Part shown: piece by piece, positions 46,401-56,738 of the stretch
Layout: each line of letters begins with the position of its first letter
Numbering within the stretch: position 1 is the stretch's first letter
Origin: Amoebophrya sp. A120
Lineage: Eukaryota > Protista > Dinoflagellata
Length of the DNA: 64,000 nt
Direction: 5' to 3'
NCBI GenBank assembly: GCA_905178155.1
Contig: CAJINV010000001.1
Location: 13,842,664-13,906,663 of the forward strand
Notes under the pieces: model-generated
What the model was told of the DNA's origin: nothing
Databases searched by the model: none
The model's input: only the letters and a program-made list of their open reading frames with translations
Translations under genes and position numbers: made by a program

Positions 46401-49400
46401 CCTCACCCTCGGTGTGGACTTTCAGGTGCTCGGCATTCAGGTGGCGCAGTCGCTCGATTCTATCGGCTTGCCCGCCAGCTTCATGACCAACTTCCAGAAC
46501 GGCATGGTTTCCGCTCTCGCGACGGCCTACAACAACACGGGACAGAGCTGGAACTTCATGAGTGTGGAAAGTGTGCCGGCGATGACGGCTAAACCGGTGG
46601 TGAGCTTCCAGTTCATTGGGCCCCGCGGCACCAAGGCCACCCAGATCCCCGCGGAGGTGCAGAAGGCGATCGAGAAAGCGGTGTACAAGGTCGGTGTGCA
46701 ACAGGGCGCCACGGGGTCCCTCGCGGTCACCACGGACCTGAAGCTCGCGCACGTGAACCGCGCGGCGTCGGTGGAGATGAAGTGCCGCTGCAAGGAAAAC
46801 TGGAATTACGTGGTTCCCTCTTGGGGCTACAACTGCACCAACATGAAGGGCTGTACCGCCGGCGAGCCCGGCATGGGCTGCGCCGAGCCGCCCAACACGC
46901 CCTACGTCGAGCACACCTATCGGTGGTGCGTGCAAGACAAGAATTGGTGCGAAAACGACGCGAGCGCGTACGGAAGTGCCAACACCTACTTCTGCCCGAT
47001 CGACCCACGCTACGAGAATCTCTCCTGGCGGACGAAGTATCCGAGCTTGGATTTTCTCACCACGGAATACTTGGACTTGGATGTGGATTTCGTTGTGAAA
47101 AGTTCCCAGACTTTCGGGATGATGGAGCGGTTTCAAGCCATTATGTCCGAGGACAAAATGTACCTGCTGACCAACGAAGTGAACACGCAGCTGAAGACCA
47201 CGCCCTACAACAACACCTACAACTGCACCGAGACCGTGTATCGGAGCTACGGGTCGTACTCTTTCCTGACCAAGTTCGACTCGCTCCCCACCGGCACGAC
47301 CCTGGCCGCGATGGAGGCCAACCGGAACGTGCGGCAGGCGCTGCTGAACGGTATCGAGAAGACGCTGCACATCCCGGCCGACGATCTGGGCATCGGGGAC
47401 ATCCGGGCGCCCTTGGCGTCCGTCGCGCACGCCACCGGGGGGCACCGGCGGTTGCAGGAAATGGTGCGGGACATGGAGCGGTCGAACAACGGCCTACCCG
47501 TCTACGGATTGGAGGAACTTCTGGAGGAGGAGGCGGCAGAAATGCGTGAACTGGCTGTTTCGAGTGGAACTACAACCTCCTCTTCGAACGCCACCACCGC
47601 AACTGCCACCTACATGCAGCTCGACGTGTTGGTCCCCTACTACTTTGCCACCGACATCAACCACTACCTGGAGCGGTCCAAGATGCGGTACACGCTGACG
47701 CACGACTTGAACGAGGGCCTGGGATATGGATTGCAAAAATGTCTGGGTCTGGAAGATTGCAACTTGTAAATGCTGTCTTTGGATTCCAAAAAAATCTGTA
47801 TTGCATGACCAGCAACAGGACTCCAGTTTGTGTTACGCGGGGAGGGCATTTCTCATGCGGAATAGGCATTAGGAAGCCCTCTAAAAATCTGTGTTGCTAG
47901 ATTCTGCATTAGAGGTCTCAATCATCATACAAAATATGCATGACAAGTCTGCATTTTTCCAGACCCAGACATTTTTGCATTTGATATGGGACACAGCTAC
48001 CACATTTCGGAGGTGGCGTCGTTCACGGAGAACCTGCTGCGGACCTACTTCGTCGACATTGACACTCTGCGGGTCCCCTCGTCGATTTTGACCGCGCCGG
48101 ATCTGAAGAAGAACGTCGGCATGAAGAAAGCTATCACCAACGCGTTTTACAAGGCCACGAACATCGTAACGAAATCGGCGATCCACCTTTTGAAAATCGA
48201 CACTTACACGCCCGCGGCGGCGGGGAGCACCGGCGGAGGACACCGGCGGGGGCTCGCTCCCAGCAGCACGACGGCCGCGTCGACGACCGCCACGACCTCG
48301 GTGACGCTCGCGCCCGCCGTCCCGTCGCCCTACGCCGGCACGACCCCGAAGCAGAAGCAGACGGTGAGTGGCTTGGTGAACGTGGACTCGGGATCCGAAT
48401 ACTTCAACCTGGAGGGGGAGCTGAAGCTGTACCCCGCGGGCACCACCCGGGACCTCCACAACGTGCGGCTCACCATCGAAGTGCTCCCGGCGGATTCCCT
48501 GCCGGTCGAGATCATCCGGCTGTCGACCGACGCGGCGGTGAAGGCGAAATTCGCGACCGACTTCCAGAAGGAACTGAACAACGAGTTCGCAACGCACCCG
48601 CTCACGCTCGGGAGCGTCTACTACATCCGCACGATGCCCACGGGGATGGCGCTGTCGGCGCAGGTGGACCACGACTTCCTGGTGAAGCTGGGGATGGTGT
48701 TCCCCGCGGGCCACGACGTGAAGGAGCTGGAAATCCAGAGCCAGTTCACGCAAACCATGAACTACGCCTCACTGGACGCCTTCAAGCGCGCGCTCGCCTC
48801 CGGACTGGACATGACCACACCGGGCAGGTTGTCGCTCTACCACAGTTCCGACGTGACCACCTACACGGGCACCAGCTCCGGCTGCAAGACAAAGGCTCGA
48901 GCCCGCCGGGCGCTGCAGGAGGGCGGGAACCCATTCGTATGTAGTGAGGTCACCGAACGGTTCTAACCGGGGAGTTTTTTTGACAGCTCCCGTGAAAAAC
49001 GGCCGGCAGTTTTCAAGCGGCCGGAAGTGTTTTTGAACATAAAAAATTTCCAATTATCAAGCGGGCGGGGCTTTGCTGGCAAACAAGCCCGGTCGAAAAC
49101 TATCGATTCGCACTTGATAAAACGACGCAGGGGAGCCGGCAAAAGGGGCGCCCTTCTGAGGCGCCCGCCGCCTTAGTTTCTGGCGATTTGGGGCGCCCAA
49201 AAAGGGGCGCGCAAAAAACGCGCCCAAAATCAGAACAGCGAAACAGCATGGCACGGCCGCGATTTCGGAGCATTTTGGGCGGCCGCGAAAGCGGCCGCCT
49301 TTTCGCCGGTTTTAGAGCCTGGGAAGCTTTGCAAAAAGCGCCGGCGTGAAAAATAAAAACGCGAAAAATAAAAAGCGCACCAGACGCGCAAAGCCAATCC

Positions 49401-52400
49401 GCATGCTATGGGCCCGGTTTTTCTTCACTTTTTTGGCGCCCCCCTTGGCACCCGGATCGGCCCCATAGCATCGGGGCTGGCTTTCGGAAAGGAATTTTGG
49501 AAATGTGCCAAAATTTGCGACGTTTCCCAAGTGGCCGCCATACCGTGCGGCATAACGTTACTCACGGTGGTATGGCGAGCCCATAAAAAGCAACGCCGCG
49601 GCCAAGGCTGCGGTCGGCAATCAAAAAAACACCCACGACCTCACTACCCCCGCGGACGCGGCTATTATTGGTAGTAGAGAACTACGCGGAAGACGAGCAC
49701 GATGAAACAAGCCCGCGAAGGGCCTCGTCCGCCCTGGGTCCCATCGAGCGCGAGTTCGCCGAGCAGCGGAAGCAAAATCCCGAGGTCAAGCCGTTCGCGA
49801 AGCTCAGGCCAAAGTTTCTTGACGAAAATGGTGCTCTGAAAGATGAACAAATTCGGCCGGAAGTTGTAGATTCTAACGAAAACGACATCATTCGCCGAAA
49901 CCTCGCGGGGAGCACAGTGTATTTGGACGACAACAAGATCGAGCTCGACTTCAGTATCAAGGACGTGGAGTACGACCGCGTGATTGCCGCGCTGAACACG
50001 CTCAATCACGACTTCACCAACGTAGAGTACGCGTTCCAGTCCTACATCGACCAGGAGCCGACGCTGAGCTACTGGGGCTCCAGTATTCACAACATCCTGA
50101 TGCTCGAGGAGAAATTCATCGAACTGCAGCCGGCCCCGGACGACATGTACGTGGCCACCGTGTTTTCCTTGTCCGTCCCGAAGTCGCAGGGACTCACCCC
50201 CGCCCACGTGGAAGCGGAGCCGGGCTTCATGGAGGCCTTGAAGACGGGGATCTGCAAGGCGCTGCACATTCCAACGAGCGATTACAAATTGTACGCGCTG
50301 TACGAGTACGCGGGGACCATTCACGAGTCCTCCTACGTTGGCACATCCACTTCTTCCAACAGTACGAATTCCTCCTCGCGTCGGGAGCTCGCCTCTCTGG
50401 CGACGCTTCGCGGCGGACCCGCGGACATTTACTACCAGATTACCTTCCAGGTGAAAAGCAACGGAATCGCGGGGGATGCCAGCAATTCCGTACGCGTGGT
50501 GGAAAACGACATGGCCTGCGACCCGCTTCTCAAGGAACACATTCAGGAGGAGATCGAAAAAGAACTCAAGAAGACGCAGGGAGCGTATAAAATTTTTTTT
50601 GAAGAATTTTTTCAATTTCCGTCGTGACTCTGATCATTTGTAAAGGAGGGACTTAGGAGGTCGTGAACGTGCTGGATATAACTGAGCGAAACGGAGTTAC
50701 TCGGTCGCGTGAAGAAGCGATGTTGTCTTCAGCTGATTGGTTCGTCATAGAAATTGAAATTTCCATTTAAAAAAAAACAGGTTCAAGGTGAAGTATGTGA
50801 ACAAGTTTTATGTGGACACGAGTTACGAGATGAAGTTCTACATGCAGGTCCCGCCCTCGGTGACCGGCTTAGGCCTGAACTACAACGCGGCGTTTTACGA
50901 GATGTACGAGTGCGGTATGGAAGCCGCCGTGGAGAAGGAGACCGGGGTGCACGCAGTGATGATCCCCCTCCATTTCTCCGAACAGGCGGACGCCAACGGG
51001 AACGGCGGATCCACCCGGCAGCTGGCCGCCACCGCGGCCGCGAGCACAACGGCAGAGGAGGCCAACGTGGCCGCGGGCGGCGAGGCGGTGTACCAGGCCA
51101 CACGCATCAAGTGGGAGCCCCGCAGCCCCAAGGTGATCCACGTGGTGGCCACGTTCAGCGTGATTGCCCCCTACGTCGGGGCGGTCAACGACTTCTTCCG
51201 GCTCGCGGACCCGACGGCGCTGAAGCGCGACCAGCTGGCCCGCATGGCCCACGTCGCGACCGAGACAAATGCGTGCATCCAGGCGAAGTACGTGAACACG
51301 CTTGCCGGGTACACCATGACGGTGGTGGACTACCTGCAGCCGAAGCTTGACGTGGAGTTGCTCATGATATTGAACATGGAGGTGGCGACCGGGTTGCAAC
51401 TCAGTGACTTGAACAACTCCGGGGAGTTCCGCAAGGTCCTGCAGAAAACCCTGGCCACGGTGTTCGACGACGGTACTGTGAGGAAAAATCCCCCCTCCCC
51501 ATATTGAAAAGGTATGTTTCCAAAAATTTGTGTTGCGGATTTGAGGTCACAAATCACATCTGTCTTGCAAGAAGACAAGGGCAGAAGCTTCCGCCCCATT
51601 ATGGAAGCGATTTGTCATGCTGTTGGGCCTAAAGGGGAGCCGTTTGCCATGCTGGACAACTAGACCCATACGCCCCCACCTAGACTGGGGATCTGGCCGC
51701 CATGCCTCCCTGCAATACAGAGCTGATTTGTGGCCACAAATCAGCATCACAAATTTCCGTTTTGATATGGGGAGGGGGGGTTTTTCATTTTAATAGACGG
51801 CACGGCCAACCCACTAACCCAGTGGGACATCCAAGTTCGATCCATGCAGGCTCCCGTGGCGAATGGAAACCGCCGCTTGGTCATGGTCGACGCTGCAGAA
51901 GTGGAGCTACCGCCAGCACCAGCAGCATCTTCACAGGAACAAGATAGCGCAGCTTCTCTAGACCAGCACGACCGCAAGTTGGCGGCTGCTGGTGCAACCG
52001 CTAGTGGCTCTTCTTCCTCCTCCGGAATGACCAAGCTAGACGCGGCGATTGTGTTCAGACTCGTCGCCGGCTCCGGGGCTGCGGACATGGCGATGGGAAT
52101 TCCGACGTTCGACTATCAAAATGAAAAATCCCCCCACCCCATATCAAAACGAAGTTTGTGATGCTGGATTTGCGTACACAAATCAGATTTGTCTTGCTGG
52201 AGAGGACTGCAGGCCCATACTAAGCCTGAGCAGAGAATTTTTGGGCCAGGCTCTTAGCATGAGAAACGTCTGCGCTGTAGGCCCAACAGCATCGCAAATC
52301 GCCTGCATAAAGCTGCGGAGCCTGTGGAGTTGCCTTCTTGCAAGACAGAGATGATTTGTGGTCGCAAATCAGCATTGCAAGTTTTCTGCCACGTACCTTT

Positions 52401-55400
52401 TCGATATGGGGAGGGGGAATTTTTCCTCACAATATCGACGCCACTTTGTTCAGCACGATGTACGCAGACATCGAATACAACGACGAGATCCGAAAGATCT
52501 ACGAGCTAAAGTCGATCGAGAAGGCGGACGTGCTGCGGAATGTGGAGGCGAAGGTGCGCGTGGCTTTCCGCTACAACCATGCGACCGTGAAGCCGTACCA
52601 GATGATTACCGACGCGAACTTCAAGACCGCCTTCACGAAGGCGATGAGCAACGCGATCGCGGCCGAAGACAAAAACGGCCAGTTGGAAGACATCAGTGAC
52701 AAGATTCTCGTTTCCATCGTCGACATTGCGCGCAAGAGCAGGTACCCGTCGGAGCTGAAAAGCGACTTGCCGCCGCCTAAATCTGGTGCACGCCAACTGC
52801 TTTTCGATGAAGACAATATCGCGAGAAGCACTGATGCCGTCGTCCAAGGTGGAGTCCGGAAGGCGAAGAAGCGCGACGAACGGAAGGAGAGCTGGATGAC
52901 GCGGTATCTGGGGCAAATCGCCGCCTCGGGCTCGGGGGGGTCTGCGACCGAAAGTAAAGAGGAGGAGGAAACGAGGTTGCAGATTGCCTGGGATGAGATG
53001 CGATTCCAGATGGATTGGAACGATGAAGATAACCCGTACGGAACCCTGTTGCAGCACCCGGGTGCGGATGTCGATCCGTTCTCTGACGAGGTGCAAAGCC
53101 AGGTCCTGAAGGCCACGCGGGAGAGAAACAGCAACAGCGATCAGCACCAGCGGCCCAGGAGGAGGAAAACAATAACTCATGGAAGAACTACTTCTTCCAC
53201 GAGAAGCAGCAGGCCGTCGTTCTCTGGGCGTGAGCTCGCCGTCGCACCCACGGGGGGCGCACCAGCCACGGTGAACGACTATGGTGGAGATGCCTCCCAG
53301 CACACCACCAAGGCAGCTACCTACTTAGCCCGCGCCACGCTTCCCGACGGCACGGTGGAGTGGGACATCACTTACTTCGTCAATAAGCGCTTCTACCTGC
53401 AGGTCGTGGGTGCCCTGACGAAGAGCAACTTTACGAACATCTTTGAGAACGAGTTCAAGGCGCAGATCGCCGCGATCCCCGCCCTGGCCGCGAAACTCCC
53501 CCCGGAGTACATCAAGGTCACGAAGAGCAGCCGGCGGTACGCGTTCAACACCACGTATTTGCCCGTGAAGCCGGAGACGGGACGCGGGGCGTGGCAGTGG
53601 GACGCACCGCTGGACGCCTACAAGGTGTACATCAAGAACAAAGCGGCGTGGCACCACCCTGAGATGCCGCTGATGGGGCAGTACTACCAGCGAAACAAGT
53701 TTCCCTACCGGCAAGTCGCCCTCCTCGACACGCTGGTCTACCAGACCCGCGCGACCCTCGAGGAGTGCCCCCACGAGGCCTATTCCTACCGCTACGTGAC
53801 CCAGTACGCGAACCGGCGGGCGAGCATCTACGGAATCAACGCGCCGAAGGCGACCGACATTTTCAACTGCGTCACCGATGAGATGCAGGATCTGGCCTAC
53901 GACCCGTCCATCGACACCGAGGGCTTTTCCTACCTGGGCAACACCGTGTACGCCCGGTTCGTCGGCATGGAGGGCGACCACACGGCCGGCGACATCGACG
54001 AGTGGTGGCGGATCGGGTGGCTGGACCTGCAGACCACCAAGGTGGTGGTCTCCACCATGGTGTACACGCAGCAGGAGGAAATCTACACCTCGGTGTCCGC
54101 GCAGTTCGAGGTGGACCCTTCGGGGAAAGTCGAGGGGTTGTCCCGCTTCAAGTCCTACGTCGACTTGGAAGGCACGGGCCGGGCCGGCACCTTCATGGCG
54201 CTCGCGATCATCACGATTCTCTCCGTGCTGATCGGGACCGCGCACAGTCTGTACCTGGTCGCCTGCGGCAACCGGCCCACCATGGGGGTGATCTTCGAGT
54301 TCGTCAGCCGCATAATCCTCCTCGTCTTCAGCATCTGGCTGTTTGTCGGGTGGAACGGTCTGGCGGACTTCGTGGAAAAGTACGACAACCTGCTCGGGAC
54401 CTTTTTGCGGCTCAAGGACTTTGACCACTTGGGCCTCGTCGTCGCCATCGCGCGCTTTTTCATCGTGAAGGAAAAGATCCACAACGAGGTCTCCATGATC
54501 GAGCAGTACCGCATCATGGGCTTCTTCGTGGTCTTCATCCAGTTCCTCCAGCTGGTTTCCTACATGAACGTGCACCCCCGCGTCGCCGTGCTCACGTCCA
54601 CGCTGTCGAAGTCCGTGGACAACATGTGCCACTTTTTTCTCGTCTTTTTGATCCTCTACGTCGTGCTCGCCTACCTCGGGCACTGGATTTTCGGGGCGCT
54701 GGCGCCCGACGAGTTCGGCACCTTCGGGGAGGCGATGAGTTCGCAGTTCAAGATGATCATCGGGGAGTTTCCCTTCGACAGTTCTGGATATATGAACACG
54801 CTGGAGCAGAACATGTTTTTGCTCTACCTCTTCATGTACGCGATCATCGTGTTCTTCACCCTGATGAACTTCTTCCTCGCCATCGTGGTCGACGCCTTCA
54901 TCGTATCAAATGTAAAAATGTTTGGGTCTGGAGGAATGCAACTTGTCATGCTGTTTTTGGATTCTAAAAAAATTAGTGTTGCATGACCAGCAAGAAAGGT
55001 CCAGTTTGTGCTACGCGGAGAGGGCATTTCTCATGCGGAAGGCGCATCAGGAAGCCCTCTAAAAGTCTGTGATGCTATGTCCTGCATTCCAGGCTTCATG
55101 GGTCATGAAAAAACTGCATGACAAATCGCGCATTCTTCCAGACCCAGACATTTTTGCATTTGATACATCGAGGTGAAGGCGGAGATCGAGAACCAGGTCA
55201 CGGAGCGGTCCTTCCCCTTCGACTGCTATGCATTGCAAATATGTCTGGGGCTGGAAAAATGCCAGGTTTGTCATGCTCTGCTAGCATGACTGTCAAGTCT
55301 GTCATGTAAGGTACCCAAAACCGCCACTTTTGTGTCATGCAAAAATCCAGTTTCTCATGGTCATGCAAAATAGGCAACACCTAGCCTAGCGACTCAAAAA

Positions 55401-56738
55401 GCCGTCATTCCTGGCGTTCTCTTGATTCGCCAACCAGCATCACAAGTTTCCAGACCCAGACATACACATATTTGCATTTCATAACTGCGGGGACATGATC
55501 AAGGACGTCTACTGCCGCGCGTTCCGCCCCGGGTACGCGGACATCCACTCGTTGGCAAAACTGCTCGAGGAGGAGGAGGAGCGCGACGCGCCGGTGGCGG
55601 CTTTGTACGAGCAGGAGCGCAAATCGGCGGACGCGCCCTTCCACTACCCGGTCAACATGGCCGAGGTGATCGAGCTCATATCCGAGAAAAAAACGTTGTT
55701 AGTGTAAATTTGTGATGCGCAACATGCAAGATGATTGCGTCTGTCATGCTTGGCATGCGTCGTAGGGTCCATTAAAGGGCATTTTCACGCACTACCTGCG
55801 CGTGACAGGTTTTTGCTGTCATGCCAGACAAATTTGTAATGCTGTTCCTCCAAAAAAGTTACACCTACAGCGTTTTTTTTCTTGGATAGCTCACCTCCAT
55901 CTACCAGTACCCGAACGGCCCGCTGACGGAGGAGAACGCCATGGACTTTCTTGCACGCTACGGGGTGAAGATCCCGGACATGGTGAAGAAGTTCCACCGC
56001 TGCGAGCCCATGAAGGTGCTGTGCGTGCACGGCCGCGAGCTGATGAACGCGCACGGCGCGACGGGGCCGCAGGACTTGAACGCCGAGTGCAAGCAGGCTT
56101 TGTTGGACGAGGTGATCCACTTCACGGACAAGAGGCGAAAGTTGCGGGAGAAGTTCGAGACCCTTTCGAGCACCTCGGATCGCGGGAATCAGGACCGGAA
56201 GTTGCGCACCATGCGGTCGGCCTTGATGCAGGACGTGCTGGACAGAACGAGAACCTCTATGGGGGGGAGCAGTCCGGACAAGAACATCGACCCGACGTTG
56301 ATAGACCCCGCCACGGGCGAGAAGCTGTCCGTGGAACAGGTTAACCTGCAGATTCGCAACTCGAACAGTAAGACCGGGACGCCGGGCAAGTTTTTGTCCA
56401 AGGACCACAGCTACTCGCAGGACACGCTTAGCCGAATAGACGAACAGGGGCGGATAGAACAAAGACAGCCGAGTAAGCTCGACAGCAACATGGACTTCTT
56501 TGACCAGAACGGGTCGGGGTCAGAGGACGAAGCGGCAAAAAAGGCGCTGCCCGAGGGCGAAGCTGAGGAGGACCCGGAAGCCATGATGATAGCAAACAAG
56601 CCAAGTAGAGTGTTGGGCAAGCCCGGCGCGAAAGCCAAGACCCCGGTGTCTGTGGAGAAAAAGTTTATGGGACTCGAGGACGAGGCAAGTAGCGACGAAG
56701 AGGGGTGGGGCGAGCTCAAGGAACTCAAGAAGAAATAA
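40402..56738 (+). CDS. Giant polycystin-2/TRPP-like cation channel (~4,260 aa). Exons 40402-40593, 40847-43820, 44147-44211, 44367-44463, 44720-47724, 47992-48940, ~49648-50584, 50781-51473, 51801-52113, 52440-54903, 55171-55226, 55489-55678, 55894-56738
   Basis: EF-hand DRDGDGELSRTEL, S1 ILNFFVYFICFLLALY, polycystin-domain motif GWLDLQTTKVVVSTMVY, S2-S6 with HPRVAVLTSTL, pore FGTFGEAMSSQFKMIIGEF and S6 LMNFFLAIVVDAF. Exon sum 12,780 nt, with every junction in frame. Confidence 0.82.
43821..44141 (+). mobile_element. 321-bp introner (~320-bp family), TSD CACCG
   Basis: TIR TATCGAAAGGAAAAATCCCCCCTCCCCATATCGA. TSD at 43816-43820 and 44142-44146. Excision gives ATT-DWNTASS in frame. Confidence 0.9.
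44212..44361 (+). mobile_element. 150-bp introner, TSD AAAAC
   Basis: TATCCTGTGCAAAAGTATCG...CGATACTTTTGCAATGCATA. TSD at 44207-44211 and 44362-44366. Excision gives LEN-YMVLM. Confidence 0.9.
44464..44714. mobile_element. 251-bp introner (~260-bp GTCTGGGTCTGGAA family), TSD GAAGA
   Basis: TIR TAT....TGCAAA..TGTCTGGGTCTGGAA. TSD at 44459-44463 and 44715-44719. Excision gives SMK-TALTNALG. Confidence 0.9.
47725..47986. mobile_element. 262-bp introner (~260-bp family), TSD TGGGA
   Basis: TIRs as above. TSD at 47720-47724 and 47987-47991. Excision gives EGLG-HSYHI. Colinear with 54904-55165. Confidence 0.9.
48941..49647. mobile_element. 707-bp intronic element with 11-bp TIRs and no evident TSD
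   Basis: GTAGTGAGGTC at 48941 and GACCTCACTAC ending at 49647. Exact removal keeps the frame. A GT-AG intron 48941-49674 is also frame-compatible. Confidence 0.55.
50585..50780 (+). other. 196-nt GT-AG intron with degenerate terminal inverted repeats
   Basis: GC|GTATAA...AAAAACAG|G joins ORFs 49668 and 50788 in frame. T8...TTTCAATTTC at the 5' end is complementary to GAAATTGAAA...A9 at the 3' end. Confidence 0.65.
51474..51795 (+). mobile_element. 322-bp introner (~320-bp family), TSD GACGG
   Basis: TSD at 51469-51473 and 51796-51800. Colinear with 43821-44141. Excision gives FDDG-TANPLTQW. Confidence 0.9.
52114..52434 (-). mobile_element. 321-bp introner (~320-bp family) in reverse orientation, TSD TCGAC
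   Basis: TSD at 52109-52113 and 52435-52439. Its reverse complement is colinear with 51474-51795 and 43821-44141. Excision gives PTFD-ATLFSTM. Confidence 0.9.
54904..55165. mobile_element. 262-bp introner (~260-bp family), TSD CATCG
   Basis: TSD at 54899-54903 and 55166-55170. Excision gives VDAFI-EVKAEIEN directly after S6. Confidence 0.9.
55227..55483. mobile_element. 257-bp introner (~260-bp family), TSD ACTGC
   Basis: TSD at 55222-55226 and 55484-55488. Interior resembles 44464-44714. Excision gives PFDC-GDMIKD. Confidence 0.9.
55679..55888. mobile_element. 210-bp introner, TSD GCTCA
   Basis: TIR TATCCGAGAAAAAAACGTTGT / ACAGCGTTTTTTTTCTTGGATA. TSD at 55674-55678 and 55889-55893. Excision gives IEL-TSIYQYPNG. 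Confidence 0.9.

Noticed and set aside
53325-54683. Long minus-strand ORFs (452 aa here; also 25424-26671, 46351-47445, 12390-13220)
   Set aside because: They are antisense shadows of high-GC3 plus-strand coding regions and have no recognisable motifs.
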